NCBI GenBank assembly: GCA_965233585.1
Contig: CBDDTI010000746.1
Location: 384,001-448,000, forward strand
DNA: 64,000 bases
Reading direction: 5' to 3'
Source: a bacterium
GTDB lineage: Bacteria; SAR324; NAC60-12
Each line of letters begins with the position of its first letter. Position 1 is the first letter of the stretch. Position numbers and translations under genes: made by a program. The notes beneath the pieces were generated by a model. That model saw only the letters and a program-made list of their open reading frames with translations, had not been told where the DNA came from and made no database searches. Shown in pieces: positions 19,857-30,446 of this stretch.

Positions 19857-20714
19857 ATGGTTAAGTCCAATATTGTTCATACACTTGATGTTTTAAAATT
19901 CCTTGAACGTCTCAAAGGGGAGAGTCTATTTGATTTAATCATCATAGACCCGCCATATAACATTGGTCAAGATTTTGGAAACAATCAGGATCATCTATCC
20001 ATCAATGACTATGTGGATTGGAGTCTCAAATATCTTAAAGAATGCTTTAGGCTGATTAAGCCATCTGTTCCTATTTATGTTTATGGTTATCCTGAAATTT
20101 TGGCTCATATTGCAATCCATTATCCAATCAGTCACCAGCGATGGCTTGTTTGGCATTATACTAATAAAACAGTGCCTTCCAGTCGGTTTTGGCAACGAAG
20201 CCATGAAAGTCTTTTGTGTTTGTGGAAAGATGATAAACCTAAACTCATGGTAGATCGCATCAGAGAAGACTATACAGAAAATTTTTTAAAGAATGCTGCT
20301 GGTAAAGTTAGAAAGAGCAAAGACTGTAGATACAGTAAGGGACGTTCGCAAACGATCTATCAAGCACATCAAAACGGAGCATTGCCGAGAGATGTCATCA
20401 AAATTCCTGCTCTGGCAGGTGGTTCAGGTGTAGAAAGAGTGTCCTATTGTAAAAGCTGTAACAAGATTGTTTTAGGGCAAGAGAGGCATCAGCATACCGA
20501 TTGCGAAACAATCAGACATCCAACTCAAAAACCAACTAAATTAACAGAAAAGCTGATCAAAGGTAGCAATCCTCATAATCTATTGATCCCCTTTGCAGGA
20601 ACGGGATCGGAGTGTGTTGTTGCTAAAAAACATGGAGTCACCTTCTATGCAACTGAGATTAACCCTGAATATGTCAACATGGCAAATCAATGGATACAAA
20701 CAATATGGATATGA
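19857..20714 (+). CDS. Beta-class N6A/N4C DNA methyltransferase
   Basis: DPPYN near the N-terminus; HPTQKP and PFAGTG near the C-terminus. Confidence 0.92.
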   Translation: MVKSNIVHTLDVLKFLERLKGESLFDLIIIDPPYNIGQDFGNNQDHLSINDYVDWSLKYLKECFRLIKPSVPIYVYGYPEILAHIAIHYPISHQRWLVWHYTNKTVPSSRFWQRSHESLLCLWKDDKPKLMVDRIREDYTENFLKNAAGKVRKSKDCRYSKGRSQTIYQAHQNGALPRDVIKIPALAGGSGVERVSYCKSCNKIVLGQERHQHTDCETIRHPTQKPTKLTEKLIKGSNPHNLLIPFAGTGSECVVAKKHGVTFYATEINPEYVNMANQWIQTIWI

Positions 20715-21388
20715 ACAAGCTAGAAGAATTTAATCAATTTTTATCAAAAATTGACTTGAAAAAGTATAGGGATAAATATTCAAAAATAAAACTGGTTGAG
20801 TTAGATTTACCAAGAGACATTCAAGCCATTCCATTTTTATACAAACATTATTGGGAGGAGTTTAAGTTACTTGATTATGATGATTTTTATCAAAATTATA
20901 TGACTTCACTAGAAAGAAAGTTAGAAGAATTTAGACGAAGGCAAATGTTTAGTGAAGAAACTTTTTATAGAGGGCTACCAGCTAGAATATACAGAACTTG
21001 GGCTTCTTTGCTCACACAAATTCAAGGTGGTTATGTTGCTCAATCTATCTATCCACGAGTAGAAATGTCAGCGGAATTAGATTATAACGGCATTGATATG
21101 AGAATATATCCTGAAGGGAATCCTGAAAGTTATATCAACATACAGATAAAGAAAGAAACTGTCAGTAGGGAGGTCAGGACTGCATGGGTTGGACTCAAAA
21201 GAGGTGAACAAATCACTAATATTACTTACGAAGTCACACCTTATTCGAGTTTGACTCCAACAGGCAAAGAGTGTATGCCTTATAAAAGGTGGCAAGAACG
21301 TTGGAAAAACAAATTAATCAAACTAGATAATGGATTTATTATTTTTTTACCAGAAATGTTTTATATAGATTACATCAAAACTGCTTAG
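20690..21388 (+). CDS. TaqI-family type II restriction endonuclease
   Basis: Colinear with recalled TaqI motifs: FL..IDL..Y..KY..IK.VE.DLPR, LY.HYW, L.ARIYRT, ELD..GID, IQIKKET, L.NGFIIF. Confidence 0.85.
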   Translation: MDTNNMDMNKLEEFNQFLSKIDLKKYRDKYSKIKLVELDLPRDIQAIPFLYKHYWEEFKLLDYDDFYQNYMTSLERKLEEFRRRQMFSEETFYRGLPARIYRTWASLLTQIQGGYVAQSIYPRVEMSAELDYNGIDMRIYPEGNPESYINIQIKKETVSREVRTAWVGLKRGEQITNITYEVTPYSSLTPTGKECMPYKRWQERWKNKLIKLDNGFIIFLPEMFYIDYIKTA

Positions 21389-21468
21389 CCTCTCTCATTC
21401 TTTTTTGAATTTTTATAAAAATAGTTGTTCCTCACCACCCTCAATCATAAATCATACGAAGGTCAGTC

Positions 21469-22575
21469 ATGGCAACACTTCAATTAAAAAACATTCACAA
21501 ATCGTTTCAAGGCACTGATGTCATTCGTGGCGTAGATTTAGACGTCAAAGACAAGGAATTTGTTGTCTTTGTAGGACCTTCAGGTTGTGGGAAATCCACG
21601 CTGTTGCGTATGATTGCAGGTTTGGAAGATGCCACCAGCGGAGAAATTTGGATTGATGGCGAGTGTGTCAATGAACTTGCCCCCATCAAACGTAAGATTG
21701 CTATGGTGTTTCAATCATACGCACTTTATCCGCACATGACCGTCTTTGACAACATTGCTTTTCCACTAAACATTGAAAAACGACCAAAGTCAGAGATTAA
21801 GGGAAAAGTAGAAGAAGTGGCAGAATCTTTAAAACTGACAGACCGCCTTGCACACAAGCCCGGTCAACTTTCAGGGGGACAACGTCAAAGAGTGGCGATT
21901 GGAAGAGCGATTGTCCGCAAACCTAAAATTTTCTTGTTTGATGAACCTCTTTCTAACTTAGATGCCGCTTTGCGAATTGACATGCGTCTTGAGTTGCAGG
22001 AACTCCATGAACGTCTGCAATCTACCATGATTTACGTGACCCATGACCAAGTAGAAGCCATGACGATGGCAGACCAAATTGTTGTCCTGAAAGATGGCAT
22101 TGTGGAGCAATCTGGCTCTTCTATGGAACTTTATCATCAACCTGCAAACCAGTTTGTTGCCACCTTCATTGGAGCGCCAGCTATGAATTTGATAGAAGGC
22201 ACTTGTACAGAAGTCAAGTCAAACTCTGTCAAAATCCGTTTAGATGACATAGGAGAATGGGATTTGCCTGTGGATTCGCAAAAGGTACAAGTTGGAGAAA
22301 AGCTGACTTTAGGGATTCGCCCTGAAAATGCAGGACATTCATCAGGAGAATGTCAGCTTCAGTTCAATGTTGGAATTTTAGAACGTCTGGGGTCGCACAC
22401 GGTTTGTCATGGGACACTTGGAAAGACGACCCATAAATTTTGTGCAGTGTTAGAAACCAGCGATCGTGTCAAAACAGGAGAGGACATGAACATTTCCTTT
22501 AAACCAAGTGATGCTCATCTTTTCAACAAATCGGGACAATCTTTGACACGATTGGAAGTTCCAATTTCTTTGTGA
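21469..22575 (+). CDS. Second sugar ABC ATP-binding protein
   Basis: Walker A/B and signature motifs; C-terminal TOBE-like region. Confidence 0.95.
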   Translation: MATLQLKNIHKSFQGTDVIRGVDLDVKDKEFVVFVGPSGCGKSTLLRMIAGLEDATSGEIWIDGECVNELAPIKRKIAMVFQSYALYPHMTVFDNIAFPLNIEKRPKSEIKGKVEEVAESLKLTDRLAHKPGQLSGGQRQRVAIGRAIVRKPKIFLFDEPLSNLDAALRIDMRLELQELHERLQSTMIYVTHDQVEAMTMADQIVVLKDGIVEQSGSSMELYHQPANQFVATFIGAPAMNLIEGTCTEVKSNSVKIRLDDIGEWDLPVDSQKVQVGEKLTLGIRPENAGHSSGECQLQFNVGILERLGSHTVCHGTLGKTTHKFCAVLETSDRVKTGEDMNISFKPSDAHLFNKSGQSLTRLEVPISL

Positions 22576-22591
22576 AAAACTTCACATGACC

Positions 22592-23449
22592 TCAAAATAA
22601 GTCTTCAATCACTTGCATCGTGTCAAGAGCATGTTGCAGTGCGTTGGGATGAGTCAGCAATTTTTTCCAAGTTTTTTTTTCTACTTCGTTGATTTGATAC
22701 TTGCCTGAAAGGCTTACAGACAATTCACCATACTGACCTTTTAACCCATCATCAAGATTGTATTGAATCTCTAATATTTTCATTTTGCTGTCAAAATATT
22801 TTTTTGCCACTTCTTCAAAAAAGGGCTTCACGGCTGCATAATGTGTGCAAGCAAGCAAGCCATAGATCACCTGACCATGCGTTGACTGATTGAAGCCTGT
22901 CATTTTCTGCTTGGTCAACTGCATTGCCTCATCAATCTTTGCTTTGATTTTTGTTGAATCTCCTGCCGATATACAGCTTGCTAAACCTTGACATGCAATA
23001 GAAATGACCCTTTCTTCTGTGATTCCAAATGACTCTAACATGCTTGGGTAAATCCCTTCATTTGCGGTGGTTTCTGTGGAAAAAAACACAGCAAGAGCAT
23101 CAGAGTTTTCTTGTAATCTAGGAAAAATGTGTTTCGTCCCTTCTTCAACAACACTCCAAATGATTTTTTGATTAAATTGCAGTTGGACATGCGGGAGTAA
23201 AGCGGCAAGAGAGTTACATGCTAGCAAGATGCGTGTTGGCTGATAACGTGCAGCGACAGCATTGAGGGCATTTTCAAAGGTTTGAACTTGAACGTGGCGT
23301 GGCATCTGGTTGTATCCTTGTTCGTGTGAGGGAGCAAGATTGACATACTGGACGCATGCCCCTGCGTTTAGGTTTTGTAATTGTGTCATCACACTTGCTG
23401 TAATGAGCAACCCTCCCCAACCTGAATCTATGATGAGAACTTGTGGCAT
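22592..23449 (-). CDS. murI: Glutamate racemase-like protein
   Basis: IDSGWGGL, LACNS and LACTHY catalytic Cys motifs. Confidence 0.75.
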   Translation of the reverse strand: MPQVLIIDSGWGGLLITASVMTQLQNLNAGACVQYVNLAPSHEQGYNQMPRHVQVQTFENALNAVAARYQPTRILLACNSLAALLPHVQLQFNQKIIWSVVEEGTKHIFPRLQENSDALAVFFSTETTANEGIYPSMLESFGITEERVISIACQGLASCISAGDSTKIKAKIDEAMQLTKQKMTGFNQSTHGQVIYGLLACTHYAAVKPFFEEVAKKYFDSKMKILEIQYNLDDGLKGQYGELSVSLSGKYQINEVEKKTWKKLLTHPNALQHALDTMQVIEDLF

Positions 23450-24204
23450 GATTTTTTTTGAGACTTTGCAAGCTGTTCTTCTACACGAGCCAAGTCTTCA
23501 GGAGTATCTACTCCGATCGTGTCTTGTGTTGCTACCGTGCAAAAAATATCCAAATCATTTTCCAAAAACCTGAGCTGTTCCAGTTGTTCAGTTTGTTCAA
23601 GATGAGAAGGAGACCATCTAGCATATTGCTTCAAAACGTCTTGATGATAACAATAAACCCCAAAATGTTTGTAAAGGAACGGGGCAGGATTTCTTTGAAA
23701 TGGAATTGCAGAACGTGAAAAATACAATGCCCGATTTTTCAAGGACAACACAACTTTGACAACATGGGGGCTTTGAAGCTCTTCTTTTGATTGAATAGGG
23801 TAAATCAAAGTTCCCATCATGGGCTGACCAGAAGACTGGAATTGATGTAAAGTTTGTTCTACAAGTGATTGTAAATCTTGGGGAGAAATGAGAGGTTCAT
23901 CGCCTTGTACATTGAGTATCCAATCGGCTTGGTAACGTTCCATGACTTCAATCATACGTTCTGTGCCAGAGACACAATGGGGGCTGGTCATCTCTGCAAT
24001 GCCTCCAAAATCCTTGACAGCCTCAGCAATTTCTTCTGTATCAGTTGCCACAATGACTTGATTTTGATGTTGCGAAAACAAAGGCACTTGCCTGACACGT
24101 TCGTAAACGTGTTGAATCATCGGCTTGCCCAAAATAGTCTTCAAAGGTTTGCCCAAAAAACGCGTGGACTGGTAACGTGCAGGAATGACAGCAATGATTT
24201 TCAT
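23428..24204 (-). CDS. kdsB: CMP-Kdo synthetase
   Basis: IPARYQSTRFLGKPL, SGTER, NVQGDEP, ALYFSRS, EQLEQLRFLEN. Confidence 0.95.
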   Translation of the reverse strand: MKIIAVIPARYQSTRFLGKPLKTILGKPMIQHVYERVRQVPLFSQHQNQVIVATDTEEIAEAVKDFGGIAEMTSPHCVSGTERMIEVMERYQADWILNVQGDEPLISPQDLQSLVEQTLHQFQSSGQPMMGTLIYPIQSKEELQSPHVVKVVLSLKNRALYFSRSAIPFQRNPAPFLYKHFGVYCYHQDVLKQYARWSPSHLEQTEQLEQLRFLENDLDIFCTVATQDTIGVDTPEDLARVEEQLAKSQKKSCHKFSS

Positions 24205-24686
24205 ATTTGGTATGGTTTGGGAAACACTTTTACAAAATACTCTAGCACCAGTTCTGAATTTTCATCAAATGCAATCCCCATGTTCTTTGCTTCATTTTTG
24301 AAAAAATTGATGTGTGATGTTCTCCACCACTCATAAGTCCCATCACCTTCTCCTTCCAACGTAGCAAATTCAGGAGGCACTTCATTAAATTGACAAATTT
24401 TGACATCAGTTAATTTCACAACACAAACAGGACTTTGCTCCCAGTTCAAAACAACAATCAGGTCATTCACTTTTGGAATAGGCTGATTTTCAATGTCATA
24501 CACAGCTTTCAGACCACAAGAGGCTTGTTTAACTTCATGGTCAATGAGTTTTGCACACTCGTTTGCATTGTCTTCATCATCGCAAAAATGTTCTGCGACC
24601 ACTTTTGAAGATGAGAAAGTGCCTTGTTCTTTGAAATTCAATGTCTTAAGGTAACAATGCAAAAATTCTTGTTGTTCTGGAGTCAT
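24201..24686 (-). CDS. ASCH-domain protein
   Basis: KQASC...PKV..L.VV, FATLEGEGDGTYEWWRTSH..FF. Confidence 0.88.
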   Translation of the reverse strand: MTPEQQEFLHCYLKTLNFKEQGTFSSSKVVAEHFCDDEDNANECAKLIDHEVKQASCGLKAVYDIENQPIPKVNDLIVVLNWEQSPVCVVKLTDVKICQFNEVPPEFATLEGEGDGTYEWWRTSHINFFKNEAKNMGIAFDENSELVLEYFVKVFPKPYQI

Positions 24687-24728
24687 CTTGTTGACTGGTT
24701 TAGAAAGGCAATTTGCAAAATTGACATA

Positions 24729-26906
24729 TTATTTTGAATTGAAACTTTCAGGCATCAGCCAATTCTTTTGTTCAAAAATAGTTTTGGGGAGGTAAAAAGT
24801 TTGTTGAGTTTTGAGCTTGGGCTGACTAATGACTTCCTCCCATGAAATGGAGTCAATGAGAAAATAAGGTAAGGTTCTATTCGGCTGAAGGTTCTTTTGT
24901 TCCGACTCAAAGGGTGTCCCCTTGCAATCTAACTTTCCTTGACACAGAAGACCTAATAAATCAGCATTACTTAAAAAAGAGTTGTCTTGTCTGAGACTTC
25001 CTTGACCTCCTGCACGTTTCACCATCATTAACGCATTCATTCTGGAAAAGTCAGGGTATTCTGAATCTTTCCAACGGTCTGATTTCATATCTTTCCCTGT
25101 CCCTTCTAGTCCATGGTCTGAAAGGATGATGATTTCTGTATTGTCATAAATGTTGTTTTTTTGAAGCCACTGAATCCACTGAAGAATTGCTAAAAAGCTA
25201 CATTGAGCCGCATAGTAGGTGTTCTTGCCACTACTAAAATTGGTAAATTGGGGGTCAGGATATTGAGAAAGCAAAGGAATACAATCTTGACTCATAATAT
25301 TGGGAACATGAGTTAAATTATTCTGAAAAAACTTAAAAGTTTTGCCAATTTCTTTGATTTTAGGTGTTTGAGAAAGTGACTGCAAAAATGCCCAACTTGC
25401 AGAACGTGACCTGTAATGACCTGAAAACTTTCTAATCCCAAGCCACTTCCCGTGATTGTAAATTTGTTCTTTCCAGACAAAAGGGGCTACCCGAAACAGA
25501 GCTAAAGCCACCAAAATTTGTGCTTCATTGTATTCAGGTATTTCTTGCCTGTCTTTTTGTTGATTCCAAAAACTTGAGTAATCTTCTTCAAGTTGGCAAG
25601 CAACGCCTTTTTGCCTCATCTGATAGCAATTTCCATCAGAGGCGTAGTAATACTGAGGTCCTACAAAAGAAATTTCGTAGCCTTTTTGCTTCAAAGAATC
25701 AATCAACGTGTCATAAGCATCATTTAATGTGTGAATCAATGTTTGTTCAGTTTGAAGTTGGTTGACCTGTTCTGGTGTATATTGCCAGCCTCCAACTAAA
25801 GAACCAATGCTTCCAAGAGTGGTGTCTGAAATAGAAAGAGTTTGAGGGTACCACACAAAGCCTTGTAATTCTTCTTTCCAACTCGGATGATCATTTAAAA
25901 CCTCAAGGAACAAACCACTTGAAAGCATGTCAAGCATCAAGACAACGACATTCGTTTCATCTTTAGAAAAACTGATGATTTGCTCATGGTCTTGAGGTAA
26001 AAAACTTGGGGAATCTTCAACCTGTTGAATTGGAATGGGAGAGTAATTGACCAAAGCCCAAGCCGTTTGCCAAATGGTAGAGACGTGAAACACAATCAAA
26101 ATGATGAGAGCAATATGAGCTTTGAATCTTAGCAAAACGCAACTAGCATAAAACAAAATGACGACAACACACGCCTCCAAAATATAAAACAAAGAGCTTT
26201 TATGAAGTGCCTGTAAATTCAGTATAAACAACTGGTCTAAACCACCAAAGTTTTCCTTGAAAAGAAAAGCATAGAAAAAAACAACAAACGCACAAAAAAC
26301 ACTGACTTTGGATAAAAAAGCACGATAGGTCAAAAAACAACACAGGACAAGGGTCAAAATAATTCCAAAGCCAAACAAGTTGGAAACGATGACTTCACCT
26401 AAACTTTTCTGAAACTCATAAGGAGAGGAAAGATAAAACCAAATAGGCAAGTGGATAAAAATTAAGCTCACAACATAAGTCACTGACAAGACAATCAGGG
26501 CTATTTGATGATGAAAGATGACTTGCTTGTTTCTAATTGATTTCACCAAGAGAGGCATCAACAAAAATGCTCCAAGTAATTGAAGGATAAATAATTTTTC
26601 TCTTAAAATGAATATCGCAGAAAGCATGTTCAATATTCTACTGCCAACTAAAACGATGGACAGAACGTAAAGACCAATGAAACTCAATCCAATCAATCGG
26701 ATGTACTTCTTTGAAATTCCCTGTTTCCAAAGATAGAACAGTGTCACAAGATTCAGAATTGTCAATACAAGTAAAGCAAAGTTTAAAACTTCCCAAATCG
26801 TCGGCTTAGCAATATTTGTATATGCCGCAAAAAGAAAAAGAAGCACGCCATACACTCCAAGCAGAAGATGAGGAATAATTTTGTTGAATGGGAGAGTCAT
26901 CTTCAT
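24729..26906 (-). CDS. Multi-TM membrane protein with a C-terminal alkaline phosphatase/sulfatase-like domain
   Basis: About 9 TM segments, then VVVLMLD, T..S, THVP, IIILSDHG. Confidence 0.7.
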   Translation of the reverse strand: MKMTLPFNKIIPHLLLGVYGVLLFLFAAYTNIAKPTIWEVLNFALLVLTILNLVTLFYLWKQGISKKYIRLIGLSFIGLYVLSIVLVGSRILNMLSAIFILREKLFILQLLGAFLLMPLLVKSIRNKQVIFHHQIALIVLSVTYVVSLIFIHLPIWFYLSSPYEFQKSLGEVIVSNLFGFGIILTLVLCCFLTYRAFLSKVSVFCAFVVFFYAFLFKENFGGLDQLFILNLQALHKSSLFYILEACVVVILFYASCVLLRFKAHIALIILIVFHVSTIWQTAWALVNYSPIPIQQVEDSPSFLPQDHEQIISFSKDETNVVVLMLDMLSSGLFLEVLNDHPSWKEELQGFVWYPQTLSISDTTLGSIGSLVGGWQYTPEQVNQLQTEQTLIHTLNDAYDTLIDSLKQKGYEISFVGPQYYYASDGNCYQMRQKGVACQLEEDYSSFWNQQKDRQEIPEYNEAQILVALALFRVAPFVWKEQIYNHGKWLGIRKFSGHYRSRSASWAFLQSLSQTPKIKEIGKTFKFFQNNLTHVPNIMSQDCIPLLSQYPDPQFTNFSSGKNTYYAAQCSFLAILQWIQWLQKNNIYDNTEIIILSDHGLEGTGKDMKSDRWKDSEYPDFSRMNALMMVKRAGGQGSLRQDNSFLSNADLLGLLCQGKLDCKGTPFESEQKNLQPNRTLPYFLIDSISWEEVISQPKLKTQQTFYLPKTIFEQKNWLMPESFNSK

Positions 26907-27666
26907 TGAATGCCAAAGTGTTCAGAATATACAGCACCTGCGGCATACAAGCCGTAAGCGGGGGCAGTCCTTCCACTTTGAGAACGGTCTTGACTTGCAA
27001 TCATTTGAGGAATAGATGCAACTGGAATCTTGCCTAAACCTACCTCAACCATGTGCCAACCATGATTCGCACCATGTGTTGTAAAAAAGAATTGGCTTGG
27101 ATTTCAATCGCATGTGTTGCAAAAGGGTGATGTGCTAATGGCTCAAGCCTGACATAGTCAATCTGTTTTAATGTTGAGGGAGAAGAACAGGCAGCAGCAC
27201 GAAATGCAGAACAATCATAACTTCCCTCAAGAAGTGTTGTTGCTTTTTGCATCAAATCAAAATCAAGGCGTTGTGAAAGATGCCAAGCATATTTCAGGCT
27301 GAAAGGGTTGGCGATTGGGGAGTTTTGAATCAGATAGCAATAACGTTTCTTGAGCGAGCTATGGCGTGCATGGAAATCATCGCTCACTTGCTTTGTTTTT
27401 TGAATGCGTATTGCTTGAGGTAGCAACCCATTGAGGGCATGAGACCACTTTTCTGGGGAAAGTGATTTTGTAGAGTGAAAGTTGGCATAAAAGAGTCTGG
27501 CATGAACTTGGGCGTCAGTACGCCCCGACCCATTGACTCTAATACGTCTCTGATGAATGGCAAAGAGAGCTTGTTCTAACTCTCTTTGAATGGTAGGAAC
27601 GTTGGGTTGAATTTGCCAACCGTGGTAATCAAAACCATCAAACGTCAAAGAAATCAGCCAGTTCAC
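26903..27666 (-). pseudogene. truA: tRNA pseudouridine synthase A with an apparent 1-nt deletion near 27051
   Basis: GSGRTDAQVHA and FLQHMVRIMVGT; the missing C-terminus VEVGLGK...DRSQSGRTAPAYGLY continues in another frame to TGA at 26903. Confidence 0.8.
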
Positions 27667-27983
27667 TCACCTACTGAGTTTTGAACAAGCTCCTTGATTT
27701 TTTGGGGATTATTACCTGTCAACGTTTCTATCACCTCCCCATTTTGAAACAAAATCACGGTTGGGATTCCTCTGATGCCAAATTGCGCTGCAGTCTCTTG
27801 GTTTTGATCTACATCAATTTTACAAACTTTGACACGCCCATCATAGCTTTCTGCAAGTTCGTCAATGACAGGAGATAACGCCCGACAAGGACCGCACCAC
27901 TCTGCCCAAAAATCTAACAATACCCAACCTTCTTTAGTCTCTTCAGAAAAACTATCATCGGTCACATGTACAACTTTGCTCAT
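27663..27983 (-). CDS. trxA: Thioredoxin
   Basis: DFWAEWCGPC. Confidence 0.95.
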   Translation of the reverse strand: MSKVVHVTDDSFSEETKEGWVLLDFWAEWCGPCRALSPVIDELAESYDGRVKVCKIDVDQNQETAAQFGIRGIPTVILFQNGEVIETLTGNNPQKIKELVQNSVGE

Positions 27984-28157
27984 TGTTTCGCCTTAAATCT
28001 AAAATTTGAAAAAACCAACCATTCTATCCCAATTTAAAACAAACTGCAACAAACTTGAATTTTGTAAACAATGGAATTGTTATTGTCTCAATTTGTAAGC
28101 TATAATGTCATGCTTGTCTTGAGTCATAATTTTTAACTCTCTTTATCAAAGGTATTT

Positions 28158-30446
28158 ATGGTTGTATCTCACAGCGTAGGCTTCCCAAGAATTGGAGCTA
28201 ATCGTGAAATGAAAAAAGCAGTAGAGTCATATTGGAAAGGTCAGACTTCCAAAGAAGAGCTGGTCGGAGCTGGTAAAAAAATCCGTTCAGTCAATTGGCA
28301 AACACAAGCTGATGCAGGTTTAGATTTTGTATCAGTTGGCGATTTTGCATGGTATGACCATATTTTAAACTGGTCAGCGACTCTCGGAGTGGTACCACCA
28401 CGTTTTAAAGCTCAAGGGACAGAAGTAGATTTGGATACCATTTTCAGAATGGGACGAGGACGCGCCCCAGTTGGTGAAAGCACTTCAGCATGTGAAATGA
28501 CAAAATGGTTTGACACGAACTATCACTACATCACCCCAGAATTGCAAGACAAGCAGGAATTTGCATTCTCTTATCACGCCATCATAGATGAGATTAAAGA
28601 GGCGTTGAACGCAGGTTACAAAGTGAAACCCATCATTCCTGGACCCATGACTTACTTGTGGCTTGCTAAGTCCAAAGCTGGAAATTTCAACAAACTTTCC
28701 TTGCTTGGTGATTTACTTTGCGTGTATCTGGAAATTTTGCAAAAAATTCAGTCGCTAGGGGTGGAATGGGTACAGCTAGATGAACCCATTTTGTGCCTAG
28801 ATTTACCAAGTGTCTGGAAAGCAGAATGTGTTCTTGCATACGAAAAACTCAGAGTAGAAGGACTCAAAGTGATGATTGCCACCTATTTTGGAAAATTGGA
28901 AGACAATTTAGAAACAGCACTGGATTTGTCTGTTGATGGATTACATGTGGACGCCATCAGAGGTCAAGATGAGTTGAAAGTGATTGCAGAAAAAATTGAC
29001 CCCAATCAAGTTTTGTCTGTGGGAATTGTCAATGGTCGTAACATTTGGAAGAACGATTTGAATGCAAGCCTAGCCACCTTAAAGGAAGTCCAAAATCTCT
29101 ACAAAGGTCAACTTTGGGTGTCCTCCAGCTGTTCTTTACTGCACTCTCCTGTTGATTTAGATTCTGAGAAAAAGCTGGATAGTGAACTCAAGTCATGGCT
29201 CGCATTTGCAAAACAAAAATGTGTAGAAATTGCGGTACTTTCCAAAAAATTGAAAGGAGAATCTAGCCAGCAGATTGACCAGATTTTTCAAGAAAATGAA
29301 CAAGCCATTCAAAGCAGAAAACTCTCCTCCCGTGTCCACAAAGACGGAGTCAAACAACGAACCAATCAAATAGATGACTCCATGTTCACACGTCAGTCAG
29401 AATACACAGCACGTGCTGAAATTCAAAAAAAAGCATTAAACTTGCCAGACTTTCCCACTACAACCATAGGTTCTTTTCCTCAAACTGCAGAGATTAGAAA
29501 ACAAAGACGGTCTTTCAAAGACAACAAAATGAGTGAAGATGACTACACTCACTTTATGAAAAAAGAAATCCAGCAGGTCGTCCAAAAGCAAGAAGGTTAC
29601 GATTTAGATGTTTTAGTTCACGGAGAACCTGAACGAAATGACATGGTGGAGTATTTTGGAGAATTACTTGACGGTTTTGCATTCACTCAATACGGCTGGG
29701 TTCAAAGCTATGGGTCTCGTTGTGTCAAGCCTCCTATCATTTATGGAGATGTGCAACGTCCTGAACCTATGACAGTAGAGTGGTCAAAATATGCACAATC
29801 ACTCACTCAACGTCCAATGAAAGGCATGTTGACAGGGGCATTGACCATTCTTTGTTGGTCTTTCCCAAGAGATGACATGGAACGTTCTGAAATTTGTATG
29901 CAGATTGCTCTTGCTCTGCGTGATGAAGTCCAAGACCTTGAAAAAGCAGGAATCACAGTCATTCAAATTGATGAACCTGCCTTTAGAGAAGGCTTACCTC
30001 TACGGCAAAAAGATTGGCAAAATTATTTAGATTGGGCAGTCAAAAGTTTTAAGCTCTCTGCGTCAGTCGTCCAAGATTCAACGCAAATTCATACGCACAT
30101 GTGTTACAGCGAATTTAATGATGTCATTGAATCTATTGCGGCAATGGATGCTGATGTCATTACCATTGAAACATCACGTTCTGATATGGAATTGCTAGAT
30201 GCCTTTGAAAATTTTTCATATCCCAATGAAATCGGACCTGGCGTTTACGACATTCATTCTCCCAATGTTCCTACTGTGCAATGGATGGTTGACCTCATGC
30301 GTAAAGCGGCAGACAGGATTCCCTCCCAGCGACTTTGGGTCAACCCAGACTGCGGACTCAAAACTAGAGCTTGGGAAGAAACTGATGCGGCATTGGTCAA
30401 TATGGTAGATGCTGCAAAACAACTTCGCCAAGAAGGTCAGGTTTGA
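28158..30446 (+). CDS. metE: Cobalamin-independent methionine synthase
   Basis: GFPRIG, MTKWFDTNYHY, HGEPERNDMVEYF, HTHMCYSEF, WVNPDCGLKTR. Confidence 0.97.
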   Translation: MVVSHSVGFPRIGANREMKKAVESYWKGQTSKEELVGAGKKIRSVNWQTQADAGLDFVSVGDFAWYDHILNWSATLGVVPPRFKAQGTEVDLDTIFRMGRGRAPVGESTSACEMTKWFDTNYHYITPELQDKQEFAFSYHAIIDEIKEALNAGYKVKPIIPGPMTYLWLAKSKAGNFNKLSLLGDLLCVYLEILQKIQSLGVEWVQLDEPILCLDLPSVWKAECVLAYEKLRVEGLKVMIATYFGKLEDNLETALDLSVDGLHVDAIRGQDELKVIAEKIDPNQVLSVGIVNGRNIWKNDLNASLATLKEVQNLYKGQLWVSSSCSLLHSPVDLDSEKKLDSELKSWLAFAKQKCVEIAVLSKKLKGESSQQIDQIFQENEQAIQSRKLSSRVHKDGVKQRTNQIDDSMFTRQSEYTARAEIQKKALNLPDFPTTTIGSFPQTAEIRKQRRSFKDNKMSEDDYTHFMKKEIQQVVQKQEGYDLDVLVHGEPERNDMVEYFGELLDGFAFTQYGWVQSYGSRCVKPPIIYGDVQRPEPMTVEWSKYAQSLTQRPMKGMLTGALTILCWSFPRDDMERSEICMQIALALRDEVQDLEKAGITVIQIDEPAFREGLPLRQKDWQNYLDWAVKSFKLSASVVQDSTQIHTHMCYSEFNDVIESIAAMDADVITIETSRSDMELLDAFENFSYPNEIGPGVYDIHSPNVPTVQWMVDLMRKAADRIPSQRLWVNPDCGLKTRAWEETDAALVNMVDAAKQLRQEGQV

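Noticed and set aside
27984..28157. SAM or cobalamin riboswitch before metE
   Set aside because: Short AT-rich leader; TATAAT lies about 50 nt from the ATG; no aptamer motifs
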